This document shows positions 8,055-16,023 of a DNA stretch of 21,394 nt, one piece after another (the first letter of the stretch is position 1; each line of letters starts with the position of its first letter). The position numbers and the translations under genes were made by a program. Where the stretch lies: assembly GCA_041739675.1 (NCBI GenBank), contig JBGSNL010000021.1, positions 1 through 21,394 of the forward strand, written 5' to 3'. A model generated the notes under the pieces. That model saw only the letters and a program-made list of their open reading frames with translations. It did no database searches and was not told where the DNA came from. This DNA is from a bacterium (GTDB lineage Bacteria > UBA10199 > 2-02-FULL-44-16 > DYJF01).

Positions 8055-11000
8055 GTGGGAAGTAATCCTATAAATGGCGGTAACGGTGACGGTTCCACGC
8101 CCGGGTATGTGGACCAGAACCTTTTAGATATCCTGCTCGGTGGTGATGAGAGCGGGTCGCCTGCCCTGTCCGACTTTGCAGCGGAACAATCTCCTGTGTG
8201 CCGGGAACCCGGAACGGAAGGCGCGCTGGGTTATTCGGCAGAGTCCTATAGCACCTACCGCCCTTCTGTTACACCGACCACAACTTCTTCTCAGAGCACA
8301 CCGGCCGGCGCGGAAAGATACTTTACATCCTCCGGTCTATCTTCCTCGGCACCGACAGCAGCTCAATGGGAAGGCATCCTGGGTGAAGGTGTGCAGGATC
8401 TCGGCTATGTGCCGCACGACGGCAAAACGTATCTATTGGATGTGGGACCAGAGTTTCAACTCGACGGGATGAATTATGAAATCTCCGACATTGGCCGCGG
8501 AGCGGGAGTTGTGGTCAACATCGATGAATTTCAGGGGTACAAAGTAGGCGATGTAATAGACACGGAAAGAGGCAGCACATTCAGAATTATTAAAGACGGC
8601 AATGGTTATAAAATCGAAATCACGCGCATCGTTCCAGACTTTCAGGCGACGATCGATGCGTTGGCCTCCGAAGTCACGCGACCCTGCCCTCCGCCGACTT
8701 CCGCGGAAGAGCGGATTACGTTGCAAGATGGGCAGACCATCGAGAGGCCGATCGGACCTGAAGATGTCTACAGTTTCAAGCGAATTGGAAACAATTATTA
8801 TGCCGCAAGGATGATTGAGGTGGAACCCGGTGTGCTCGAGCCCGGTCCATATTACCCGCTAGATACGTTCGGGTTTGGGCCTGATTATGATGTGGGTGTC
8901 GAGACGGGGTTCCGCGGACAGCCTGAATTGGTGATCGAGAATTATCCCAAGCTTACGCCGGCCGAGGAGGGCACATCTGTTTTTAGTCGCCCGGAACCCA
9001 GAGGGCCGGTGCCTGCAGAACGTGGGGCATACGAGCCCGGCAGGTCGGGTGTTTCTGCCGCCGATCCGTCTTCAGACGGCATATCGTCTGAGCCGCTTCG
9101 CGATGCCGGCGGCCCCGCGTGCAGATTGACAGAAATTCCTCCTGACGATTTTTTCAGGATTCAAACTCCCGAAAGTCCACAGAGTACGCCGTCAACTCCT
9201 TCTGCATCTCCGGCGGAGCAAGCTCAGGGCAGTGAATCTGAAATGGGTTACTCGGCGGAGGCCTATGAGGGGTATCGCCCTTCTGTCACGCCGCCCTTGA
9301 ACGAGTGCCGAGATTTGGGTGCCATACCGAGAGATGGCGTGGTCCATCTCGTCGACGCGACAACTGAATTTTCGATCGACGGGAAGTCATATTCTGTCGT
9401 CAGATATCCCGACGGGTATTTTTTACAGGAGAGCGGACCATACGACTCGCTGGCTGCCAGCCTGAATCGTCACGGCGTCGGTGACGTTATGTACACCGGC
9501 AACGGCCATCTGCTTGAGCTGGTGAACGACGGCGGAGTTCTGAAAGTCGCCGTGACGCGCAACGCGCCGGCCGGCTCTGCATCTTCGGAGGGTATGGATT
9601 GGTCCGACATCAATCCACAAAGCGAGACAAGCCAAAGCCGAAGGCTCTCCCCTGAAGAACAGACCCGGCAGGATAACGCGCGGCGCGCTAGAGTGGACGA
9701 ATACTTCACCCGACGGGATCAACAAATTGAAGAGAGAACAGCACAGCGCGACATCGCCGAAGCCCGCGCTGCCGGCGCCGAAGAGATAGAAGTGATCGGA
9801 AGAAGAGGCCCCGTGCCCGCCGAGAGACAGGCAGTCGAGCCCCGCTCATCGGGCTTTTTCACCGCCGATCCCGCTTCAGGGGAAAGCACGTCAACTCAGT
9901 GCCGCATGCCTGCCAACAGTCCCGCCAACAGATCGACGGAAGTTTCGGCGAACGAGTTTTTTGGAACTACCGAAGCTACTGAAAGCAGGACTCCGGTTTC
10001 CGTGTCGGAGACGGTGAGTACAGATGTTCAAGCGCGAGTAGCCGAATCCAATGCCCCTGCCCCGACGTTTGGTGATGCGACGAGGTTTGGTTTGGTATTC
10101 GGCGGCGCTGTGACGTTGGTGAGAGATTTGTACATGGCTCTGATTCTGGGCGGCGAGCGCGAGCCGAACGAAGTTGAGAGCACGACGATGATGATAGGTA
10201 CGGGAGTTGCTCTTGAAGAGACGATGGGTCGCAGCGTCACGTGGGGATCATTTGGCCGTCTTGCTCAGGGTTTTGTGGAGTTTTTGCCGGCGTTTTTCAT
10301 GACCAGTTTAAGCAATGGCCGCGCGGCTCAATCTGCCGGAAGCACGGAAGGACAAGGCGTTGTTGAGGTTGCGAACATAGCATCCGGTGCGGTTGTGACC
10401 GGAGCTGGCGCCGAGGCAGCGGCACAGGTGAGTGCCACAGCTGCAAGACAGGCTATTGTGACCGAGGCGGCGGGTGTTCAAGCGGCTACGCCTGCAGCGG
10501 CGAGGGTTTTGACATCGACACCGGCGATGGGTTTGACCTTCTCGCTCTTTTACGATCGCGGTGTGGCGTTGGGCACGGCTGGCGATACCTACTGGGGTCA
10601 GGCGCTGGGTCTTTGCACGAGCGACGGGACGGATTGCTCGATATCCGGCTGGGGCGCGGAGCAGTTACACACTGTTGTCGATCCGGTAGCCGATGCAGCG
10701 AACGAATATGTAATAGCGCCCGTAAGCGCAGGTGTCGGTGCGGCTACGAGTTATGTGAGCGAGACGGCACAGAACTGGTACGAATATGACGCGGATCTTT
10801 TGGGGGTCAGGGAGTACACGGACGCTGCGGGCCGTCAGCTTGAAGAGTGGTATGAGTATGATGCTGCGCTCGTGAGATCTGCTGGAGAGGCTGTCAGCGG
10901 TGCGATAAGCTACGTCGGCGAGAAAGCCAACGAAGGTTTGCAGTGGGCGGGCAACAAGGTCGGTCAGGGTCTCGAAGCGGCCAATGATGCGGGTATCGGT

Positions 11001-11078
11001 CTTCTTGACGGTGCTGCGGATTTTTTAACCGGCGGCGAATATGAATACGATCCAACCTGGTTGGACGAGATATTCTAG
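8055..11078 (+). CDS. Large hypothetical protein (1007 aa): internally duplicated N-terminal module plus the C-terminal domain shared with 572-3727
   Basis: Long ORF with a GTG start after GGGGAAG; C-terminal ~345 aa nearly identical to the paralogue; no signal peptide visible. Confidence 0.9.
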   Translation: MGSNPINGGNGDGSTPGYVDQNLLDILLGGDESGSPALSDFAAEQSPVCREPGTEGALGYSAESYSTYRPSVTPTTTSSQSTPAGAERYFTSSGLSSSAPTAAQWEGILGEGVQDLGYVPHDGKTYLLDVGPEFQLDGMNYEISDIGRGAGVVVNIDEFQGYKVGDVIDTERGSTFRIIKDGNGYKIEITRIVPDFQATIDALASEVTRPCPPPTSAEERITLQDGQTIERPIGPEDVYSFKRIGNNYYAARMIEVEPGVLEPGPYYPLDTFGFGPDYDVGVETGFRGQPELVIENYPKLTPAEEGTSVFSRPEPRGPVPAERGAYEPGRSGVSAADPSSDGISSEPLRDAGGPACRLTEIPPDDFFRIQTPESPQSTPSTPSASPAEQAQGSESEMGYSAEAYEGYRPSVTPPLNECRDLGAIPRDGVVHLVDATTEFSIDGKSYSVVRYPDGYFLQESGPYDSLAASLNRHGVGDVMYTGNGHLLELVNDGGVLKVAVTRNAPAGSASSEGMDWSDINPQSETSQSRRLSPEEQTRQDNARRARVDEYFTRRDQQIEERTAQRDIAEARAAGAEEIEVIGRRGPVPAERQAVEPRSSGFFTADPASGESTSTQCRMPANSPANRSTEVSANEFFGTTEATESRTPVSVSETVSTDVQARVAESNAPAPTFGDATRFGLVFGGAVTLVRDLYMALILGGEREPNEVESTTMMIGTGVALEETMGRSVTWGSFGRLAQGFVEFLPAFFMTSLSNGRAAQSAGSTEGQGVVEVANIASGAVVTGAGAEAAAQVSATAARQAIVTEAAGVQAATPAAARVLTSTPAMGLTFSLFYDRGVALGTAGDTYWGQALGLCTSDGTDCSISGWGAEQLHTVVDPVADAANEYVIAPVSAGVGAATSYVSETAQNWYEYDADLLGVREYTDAAGRQLEEWYEYDAALVRSAGEAVSGAISYVGEKANEGLQWAGNKVGQGLEAANDAGIGLLDGAADFLTGGEYEYDPTWLDEIF

Positions 11079-11079
11079 T
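10043..11079 (+). repeat. Direct repeat copy 2 (~1.03 kb), 3' part of gene 8055-11078
   Basis: Ungapped match to 2692-3728; similarity falls off right after the shared TAG stop. Confidence 0.97.
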
Positions 11080-11122
11080 AAAGCTTGCTTCAAATCCAAA
11101 ATAATTGTAAAAATGAATATAT

Positions 11123-11887
11123 ATGCCGCTTGATCTCGGCCAATACGCCGTAATGGAGTATCTCTGGACCACGCTGGAGAAAACGCCGGACGGCAAAGCT
11201 ATTGTTTATTTCCCCATCGACGTCGAAATGCTCTGGAAGATGGGCTTTGTCGACACCGAAAAATATTCGATGGATCAGTGGAAGCTCGTATTCGAACCCT
11301 ACAAGCAGGCGGACGGATCGTTCAGGCTTGAGAAAGACGCATTTCTCTCACTGGACAAATACCGCTACAAGGGCGAAATTCACATCCCCTTCGATGCGAT
11401 GCGCATCAACGAGGGTCTCTACACCGACGAGGGGCTCTCCGATCTTGTCGATGCCTCGATCGCCCCTTCGTGCAATTATGCGCCCGAAAAACTCAAGGTC
11501 TTCTTCGAAGCGTTCAAGGATACGTTTCGCACGCCGGACGGTTACATAAAAGTGGACCGCATCGCCAAGATGCAGATCAGGGCTCTGATAGAAAAGAACC
11601 CCTCCCCTTTGAGAAATCTGGAGCTCATGTTCGACCAGATGATTGCGAAGGGCAAAGACGTGGAGATGGGCGAACAGGTAGAGGGGGCCAGAGCGGAGAT
11701 GGCGACCGCCCGCGCGGCCATTGAGGCGTCAAGCTTTGCGGCGACTCCAGTGACAAAAACGGAGGCTGCGGCAAAAGGGCTAAAGGGACTTGAAAAGGCC
11801 AGGAAAAAAACCTCAGCCGGCGCACCTTCAGACGAAGGGGTTCATCTCAAGAAAATCAGGCGTTCAAGGAAGGGGATGAGGGGTTAG
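11123..11887 (+). CDS. Hypothetical protein (254 aa) with a basic C-terminal tail
   Basis: Long ORF with host-like codon usage and a globular-looking N-terminal ~175 aa; no family recognised. Overlaps the convergent lapA-family gene by 32 nt. Confidence 0.8.
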   Translation: MPLDLGQYAVMEYLWTTLEKTPDGKAIVYFPIDVEMLWKMGFVDTEKYSMDQWKLVFEPYKQADGSFRLEKDAFLSLDKYRYKGEIHIPFDAMRINEGLYTDEGLSDLVDASIAPSCNYAPEKLKVFFEAFKDTFRTPDGYIKVDRIAKMQIRALIEKNPSPLRNLELMFDQMIAKGKDVEMGEQVEGARAEMATARAAIEASSFAATPVTKTEAAAKGLKGLEKARKKTSAGAPSDEGVHLKKIRRSRKGMRG

Positions 11888-12230
11888 TGTCCGCGGGGTG
11901 AATCTCCCTCGATTTCTCAGACATCTGGCGCACTACCGAAAGCTCGCGCTCGAGCTGTCTTATCCTTTTGTTCTTCGACCTGATCTCAAGCGTCTTGTAG
12001 AATGACGGCAGCGCCTCGATGAGCGCTATCGCTACCATTCCCGTGCAGAACGTGAGAAGCAGAATGAAACCCATCGGGATGGGAGAGGATTCCAGTGACA
12101 GGATGTGCGGAATATTAAACTTGAAGACGATGTTGTAGCCGAGCGTTGCCTCGTCAAGGTTGCAGTAGATGAAATTCAAAAGGACGAAAAAAAGAAAAGC
12201 CATCACTACTGCGAAGACGAGTTTTTTCAT
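11856..12230 (-). CDS. LapA family (DUF1049) membrane protein
   Basis: Two hydrophobic segments with F...N and S.PIP.G.ILL..F..G, followed by a basic coiled-coil (IR..NKRIRQLE.EL). Located just downstream of rpsA-sppA-ihfB-HIT. Confidence 0.72.
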   Translation of the reverse strand: MKKLVFAVVMAFLFFVLLNFIYCNLDEATLGYNIVFKFNIPHILSLESSPIPMGFILLLTFCTGMVAIALIEALPSFYKTLEIRSKNKRIRQLERELSVVRQMSEKSREIHPADTNPSSPSLNA

Positions 12231-12721
12231 TTCTTGATCCCCCTGAAACCTGCAATCAGACGGTCGTATGTATTATGCAGATACTCGGGCATGGAGCGCG
12301 TTTCGCTCATGATGGGCATGAAATTTGTGTCGCCCACCCAGCGCGGCACGACGTGGAGATGGACGTGATCTACCAGCCCCGCCCCCGCCGCCTTGCCAAG
12401 ATTGATTCCGCAGTTGAAGCCCTCCGCCTCTATTGCCTTTTTCATTATTTCAACCGACTGGCCCGCAAGCTCCATCATCTCCTGATGCTCCTCTTTCGTG
12501 AGATCTTTGATTTCGCCGATGTGGCGGTACGGAGAGATGAGCACGTGGCCGTTGTTGTATGGATAGCGGTTCATCACGACGTATGAAACTTTCCCGCGGT
12601 GCAATACGAGACGCTCGCGGTCGTCGCCTGCGAGCGCATATTCACAGAGAAAACAGTTCCCCTTCTTCTCTTTCAACTCCTCAATGAACTGCATCCTCCA
12701 TGGAGCCCAAAGGTTATTCAT
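12227..12721 (-). CDS. HIT family hydrolase (Ap4A hydrolase/phosphorylase-like)
   Basis: LWAPWR, CFLC, NRYPYNNGH, GFN.GINLG.AAGAG and HVHLHVVPRW.GD.NFM motifs (histidine triad). Confidence 0.93.
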   Translation of the reverse strand: MNNLWAPWRMQFIEELKEKKGNCFLCEYALAGDDRERLVLHRGKVSYVVMNRYPYNNGHVLISPYRHIGEIKDLTKEEHQEMMELAGQSVEIMKKAIEAEGFNCGINLGKAAGAGLVDHVHLHVVPRWVGDTNFMPIMSETRSMPEYLHNTYDRLIAGFRGIKK

Positions 12722-12995
12722 GGTTTACCATCTCGCGGAGCTCGCGGCCCGCCTTGAAAAACGGCACGCGGCGCTGGCCGACGTTGACGGAATCTCCCGT
12801 TTTAGGATTGCGGCCAGTGCGCGGATTTCTCACTCTCACTTCAAAGCTGCCGAAACCCCTGATTTCGATGCGATCGTCTTTGACGAGCGCGTCTGTCATG
12901 CCGTCGAAAATCGTGTTCACTATGATTTCGACGTCGCGCGCGGCAAGGTTCGGAAGTTTTTTTCCAATCGCTTCTATCAGATCGCTCTTATTCAA
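12714..12995 (-). CDS. ihfB: Integration host factor subunit beta
   Basis: NKSDLIE, RIEIRGFGSF, GRNPKTG and PFFKAGRELRE.VN motifs. TTG start at 12995 after GGGAGGGG; downstream of rpsA. Confidence 0.88.
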   Translation of the reverse strand: MNKSDLIEAIGKKLPNLAARDVEIIVNTIFDGMTDALVKDDRIEIRGFGSFEVRVRNPRTGRNPKTGDSVNVGQRRVPFFKAGRELREMVNHE

Positions 12996-13036
12996 GGTCC
13001 CCTCCCTGCCCGCCGGTGGTTTAGTGGCGGGCTTAT

Positions 13037-13933
13037 TTAATATGTCCAATATAGCAGCATCGGTTCTCTGAAAGTTTGCCTGTTTTCCAGAACAATCGAT
13101 TTCACTTCGCCTAAAGCGCTTTCAAACATGCGCTCGATAATCTTTTTACCCTTCCTGTGTTTTTCGACTACCTTCGGCTCCCCTTTGATTCCGGCAAGCT
13201 CGCCCGCGAGTTTCACGGCGTCAAAGTATCCACCCAAGACGTCTACCAAACCCTTCATCTGCGCCTGCTCGCCTGAGTAGATGCGGCCGTCGGCCAGGAG
13301 ATCGACCACTTCAGGAGATAAAGCGCGCGATACCGCGACGTCGTTTTTGAACTGCCTGTGGACGTCTGCGAGCATCTCCTCAAGGATCGCTTTCTCTTCC
13401 GGTGTCATGGGCCTGTCCGGCGATGCGATATCCTTGTATCTGCCGCTCTTTAATGTCTCGTGGCCTATCTTCGCCCAGCGCAAAAGGTTGCCGATCTCGA
13501 CATGATCCATCCTGACGCCGATTGAACCGGTGATCGTGCCCGGGTCGGCCACGATCTTGGTGGCGCCGCACGCTGCGTAATAACCGCCGGATGCCGCGAC
13601 GGAACCCATTGAAGCGACTACCGGTTTTTTTTCAGCAAGGCGCTTGATGGCGCCGAAAATTTCCTGCGATGCGGAAACTGTACCGCCCGGCGATTCTATC
13701 CTCACGACCACCGCCTTGACGTCATCGTCCTTGCGGTATTCGTCTAACTCCTTCACCGTGTCCATCGGATCGTAGATTCCCCCTTCGATCTTCACGAGGC
13801 CCACGTTGCCGCCCGAGAAGATGGAGGTGTCGCGCTCCGGGGAAGAAACCAGATAGACGAACATTCCGAAAAGAAATGATCCCCCCAAGAGAACCAAAAC
13901 GATCAGCAAAACAATGAGTGTTCTGTTTCGCAT
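13037..13933 (-). CDS. sppA: Signal peptide peptidase SppA (S49, short form)
   Basis: N-terminal TM segment; VVRIESPGG, KPVVASMG.VAASGGYY, TITGSIGV, KSG.YKD and ADGRIYSG.QA...GLVD motifs. Confidence 0.95.
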   Translation of the reverse strand: MRNRTLIVLLIVLVLLGGSFLFGMFVYLVSSPERDTSIFSGGNVGLVKIEGGIYDPMDTVKELDEYRKDDDVKAVVVRIESPGGTVSASQEIFGAIKRLAEKKPVVASMGSVAASGGYYAACGATKIVADPGTITGSIGVRMDHVEIGNLLRWAKIGHETLKSGRYKDIASPDRPMTPEEKAILEEMLADVHRQFKNDVAVSRALSPEVVDLLADGRIYSGEQAQMKGLVDVLGGYFDAVKLAGELAGIKGEPKVVEKHRKGKKIIERMFESALGEVKSIVLENRQTFREPMLLYWTY

Positions 13934-13939
13934 TTATCT

Positions 13940-15514
13940 CTAGCTCTTAAGACCGAGCGTGAACCTTCTTTCGCGCATCATCGTTTTCTTCACGACGACA
14001 TCGATTTCGTCGCCGACCTTGAGCGTTTCGGGATATTCCTTCACGGGAATCAAGCCCTCGACGCCCTCTTCAAGCTTCACCACGGCGCCGGCCGAATTGA
14101 GCTGCGAAATGGTTCCCTTGGCCGCGGTGCCTTCCGTGTAGTCGGCCATGATGCGGCCCCACGGGTCGTCTGTTAACTGTTTCGTGCCGAGCGAAAAGCG
14201 TTCGTTCTCAGGATCGACATGGAGGACGACCGCGTCGAGTTCATCGCTCTTCTTTATGGCCTCCGACGGATGCGCGAAATTCTGCACCCACGCGAGGTCC
14301 GATATATGTATGAGGCCGTCTATCTCGCCGCCGACGTCCACAAAGACGCCGAAGTCGGCGATGTTTTTCACCTGTCCTTTCACCTTGCTGCCGATGGGAT
14401 ATTTCTTCTCTAAATTTTCCCACGGATTGGGCTCAATCTGCTTTAGCCCCAGCGAGATGCGTTTGTTGTCGCGGTCTATGTCCAGGATTATCGCGTCGAT
14501 CACGTCGCCGACCGTGACGACCTTTGACGGATGCTTCACTTTTTTGGTCCAGCTCATCTCTGAGATGTGAACGAGCCCCTCAACTCCGTCGCCTATCTCG
14601 ATGAACGCGCCGAAATCGGTGATGTTCGTAACCTTGCCGCGAACGCGCGAGCCGACCGGGAAGTTGTCTTCCACGTTGCTCCACGGATCGGGAGTGAGCT
14701 GTTTCAAACCGAGAGAGACCTTCTGCGTCTGCGAATCGAATTTCAAAATCACGACGCGGATCTCATCTCCAACCTGAAACATCTCTGAAGGATGACCCAC
14801 CCTGCCCCAGGACATGTCGGTGACGTGCAAGAGACCGTCGATGCCGCCCAGATCCACGAAGACGCCGTAGTCGGTGACGTTCTTGACCACGCCGTTGAAG
14901 ACCTGGCCTTCCTGCAAGTTGGCGAGTGTTTCTTCCTTGAGAACTTCGCGCTCTTTTTCGAGAAGCACTTTTCGCGAAAGCACCACGTTGCCGCGGCGCT
15001 TGTTGAGTTTGATGATCTTGAATTTGTAGGCCTTGCCCACGTATTTATCGAGGCTCCTAGCGGGACGGAAATCGACCTGCGATCCCGGCAGAAACGCCCT
15101 GACTCCGATATCCACCGCCAGGCCGCCCTTCACCTTTGAAATGACCACGCCTTCGATGATGCCGTCTTTTTTCTCGACATCTTCAAGGCGGTCCCATGTG
15201 CGCATGGAATCGGCGCGCTCCTTGGAGAGGATGAGCATTCCGTTTTCATCTTCGACTGTTTCCAGGAAGACGTCGATCTCGTCGCCGGGCTTCACGTTCA
15301 CTTCGCCTGACGGCGTTTTGAACTGTTCGATCGGTATCTGACCCTCGGATTTGAATCCGATGTCGACGACCACGTGATCGCGGGCGATTCTGACGACGTG
15401 CCCCTTGATTATTTCACCCTCTTTGAGGGTCACCTTCTTTGCGCCCTCCTCGAAGAGGCGCGCAAACTCGGTGTTCTTCTGATTCTCCGACGGTACGATG
15501 TGAACTGGACTCAT
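13940..15514 (-). CDS. rpsA: 30S ribosomal protein S1
   Basis: Tandem S1 domains (VDIG.KSEG, AFLPGSQVD, YGVFVDLGGIDGLLH.TD.SW, FGAF.....GVEGLVHISE.SW). ATG at 15514 preceded by AGGAGG; the ORF extension to 15742 is considered spurious. Confidence 0.97.
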   Translation of the reverse strand: MSPVHIVPSENQKNTEFARLFEEGAKKVTLKEGEIIKGHVVRIARDHVVVDIGFKSEGQIPIEQFKTPSGEVNVKPGDEIDVFLETVEDENGMLILSKERADSMRTWDRLEDVEKKDGIIEGVVISKVKGGLAVDIGVRAFLPGSQVDFRPARSLDKYVGKAYKFKIIKLNKRRGNVVLSRKVLLEKEREVLKEETLANLQEGQVFNGVVKNVTDYGVFVDLGGIDGLLHVTDMSWGRVGHPSEMFQVGDEIRVVILKFDSQTQKVSLGLKQLTPDPWSNVEDNFPVGSRVRGKVTNITDFGAFIEIGDGVEGLVHISEMSWTKKVKHPSKVVTVGDVIDAIILDIDRDNKRISLGLKQIEPNPWENLEKKYPIGSKVKGQVKNIADFGVFVDVGGEIDGLIHISDLAWVQNFAHPSEAIKKSDELDAVVLHVDPENERFSLGTKQLTDDPWGRIMADYTEGTAAKGTISQLNSAGAVVKLEEGVEGLIPVKEYPETLKVGDEIDVVVKKTMMRERRFTLGLKS

Positions 15515-15606
15515 TTTTGAAAATCCTCCTTGGCCGCCTTTTGGCGGGCTTTTTCTTTTTATATTCTCTGATGTTGCAGAGTATTGTTCATGCGAAAAAC
15601 GGGTGG

Positions 15607-15636
15607 ACAGTAGACGTGAACGCCCCCTCTTGTCAA
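15607..15636 (-). promoter_or_regulatory. Putative sigma70 promoter of rpsA (TTGACA-N18-TACTGT)
   Basis: Perfect -35 TTGACA at 15636-15631 and TACTGT at 15612-15607, about 95 nt upstream of the start codon. Confidence 0.5.
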
Positions 15637-15743
15637 ACGAAAAGTTATGATTTTTTAGGGGGTTATGGAATATAGCGGGCGCCAAGAGAGGCGGCGTGTG
15701 GGTATTTTCTCGCTTACGGCGGCCTATAAATGATATCGGCATC

Positions 15744-15897
15744 GGCCTGACTTAGGGGCCTGTCCTTGGAAAAGACGCGGTCCGTTTCGGGCCACCCAAA
15801 ACGGCCGCTCGTCTCTCGGCGATTTTGTTCATCATATCCCGGCTGTTAAAATCGCCTCCGAGACGCTTTTCCAAGGCCAGCCCCCTACGTCAGGCCG
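15744..15897. repeat. Large nested palindrome (three-way-junction-like), non-coding
   Basis: Outer arms CGGCCTGAC.TAGGGG..CTG.CCTTGGAAAAG / CTTTTCCAAGG.CAG..CCCCTA.GTCAGGCCG enclose two inner hairpins: GCGG.CCGTTT.GGG/CCCAAAACGGCCGC and CGTCTC..GGCGATTTT/AAAATCGCC...GAGACG. Confidence 0.8.
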
Positions 15898-16023
15898 CTC
15901 TCGCCCGCCCCCTCCCACACCACTTTTTCAGATTATTGCGCGCCGCTTGGTCCACGCCATCGAATAGCTTAAATTAAAGAGTTATAAGGAGTTTGTTCCG
16001 TCACCGGTGGTTATTAATCCCCG

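Noticed and set aside
65..11079. Diversity-generating retroelement (Avd-like four-helix protein plus a pair of near-identical repeats)
   Set aside because: Mismatches between the repeats are not adenine-specific (many C/T, G/C and synonymous changes), both copies are 1-kb coding regions, and no reverse transcriptase is present in the window.
2692..11079. Composite transposon or IS pair flanking the radical SAM/meaB region
   Set aside because: The repeats are in-frame 3' parts of genes, with no transposase motifs, terminal inverted repeats or target-site duplication.
12996..13049. N-terminal extension of IhfB
   Set aside because: A TTG start at 12995 with its own RBS gives the canonical length of about 93 aa.
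15515..15742. 76-aa N-terminal extension of RpsA
   Set aside because: A strong AGGAGG precedes ATG 15514, and the extension spans the predicted promoter.
15740..16023. attL/attR direct repeat of the tRNA-Gly 3' end at the far side of the islet
   Set aside because: No TGGAGCGGG-like direct copy found by eye, and no integrase gene in the window.
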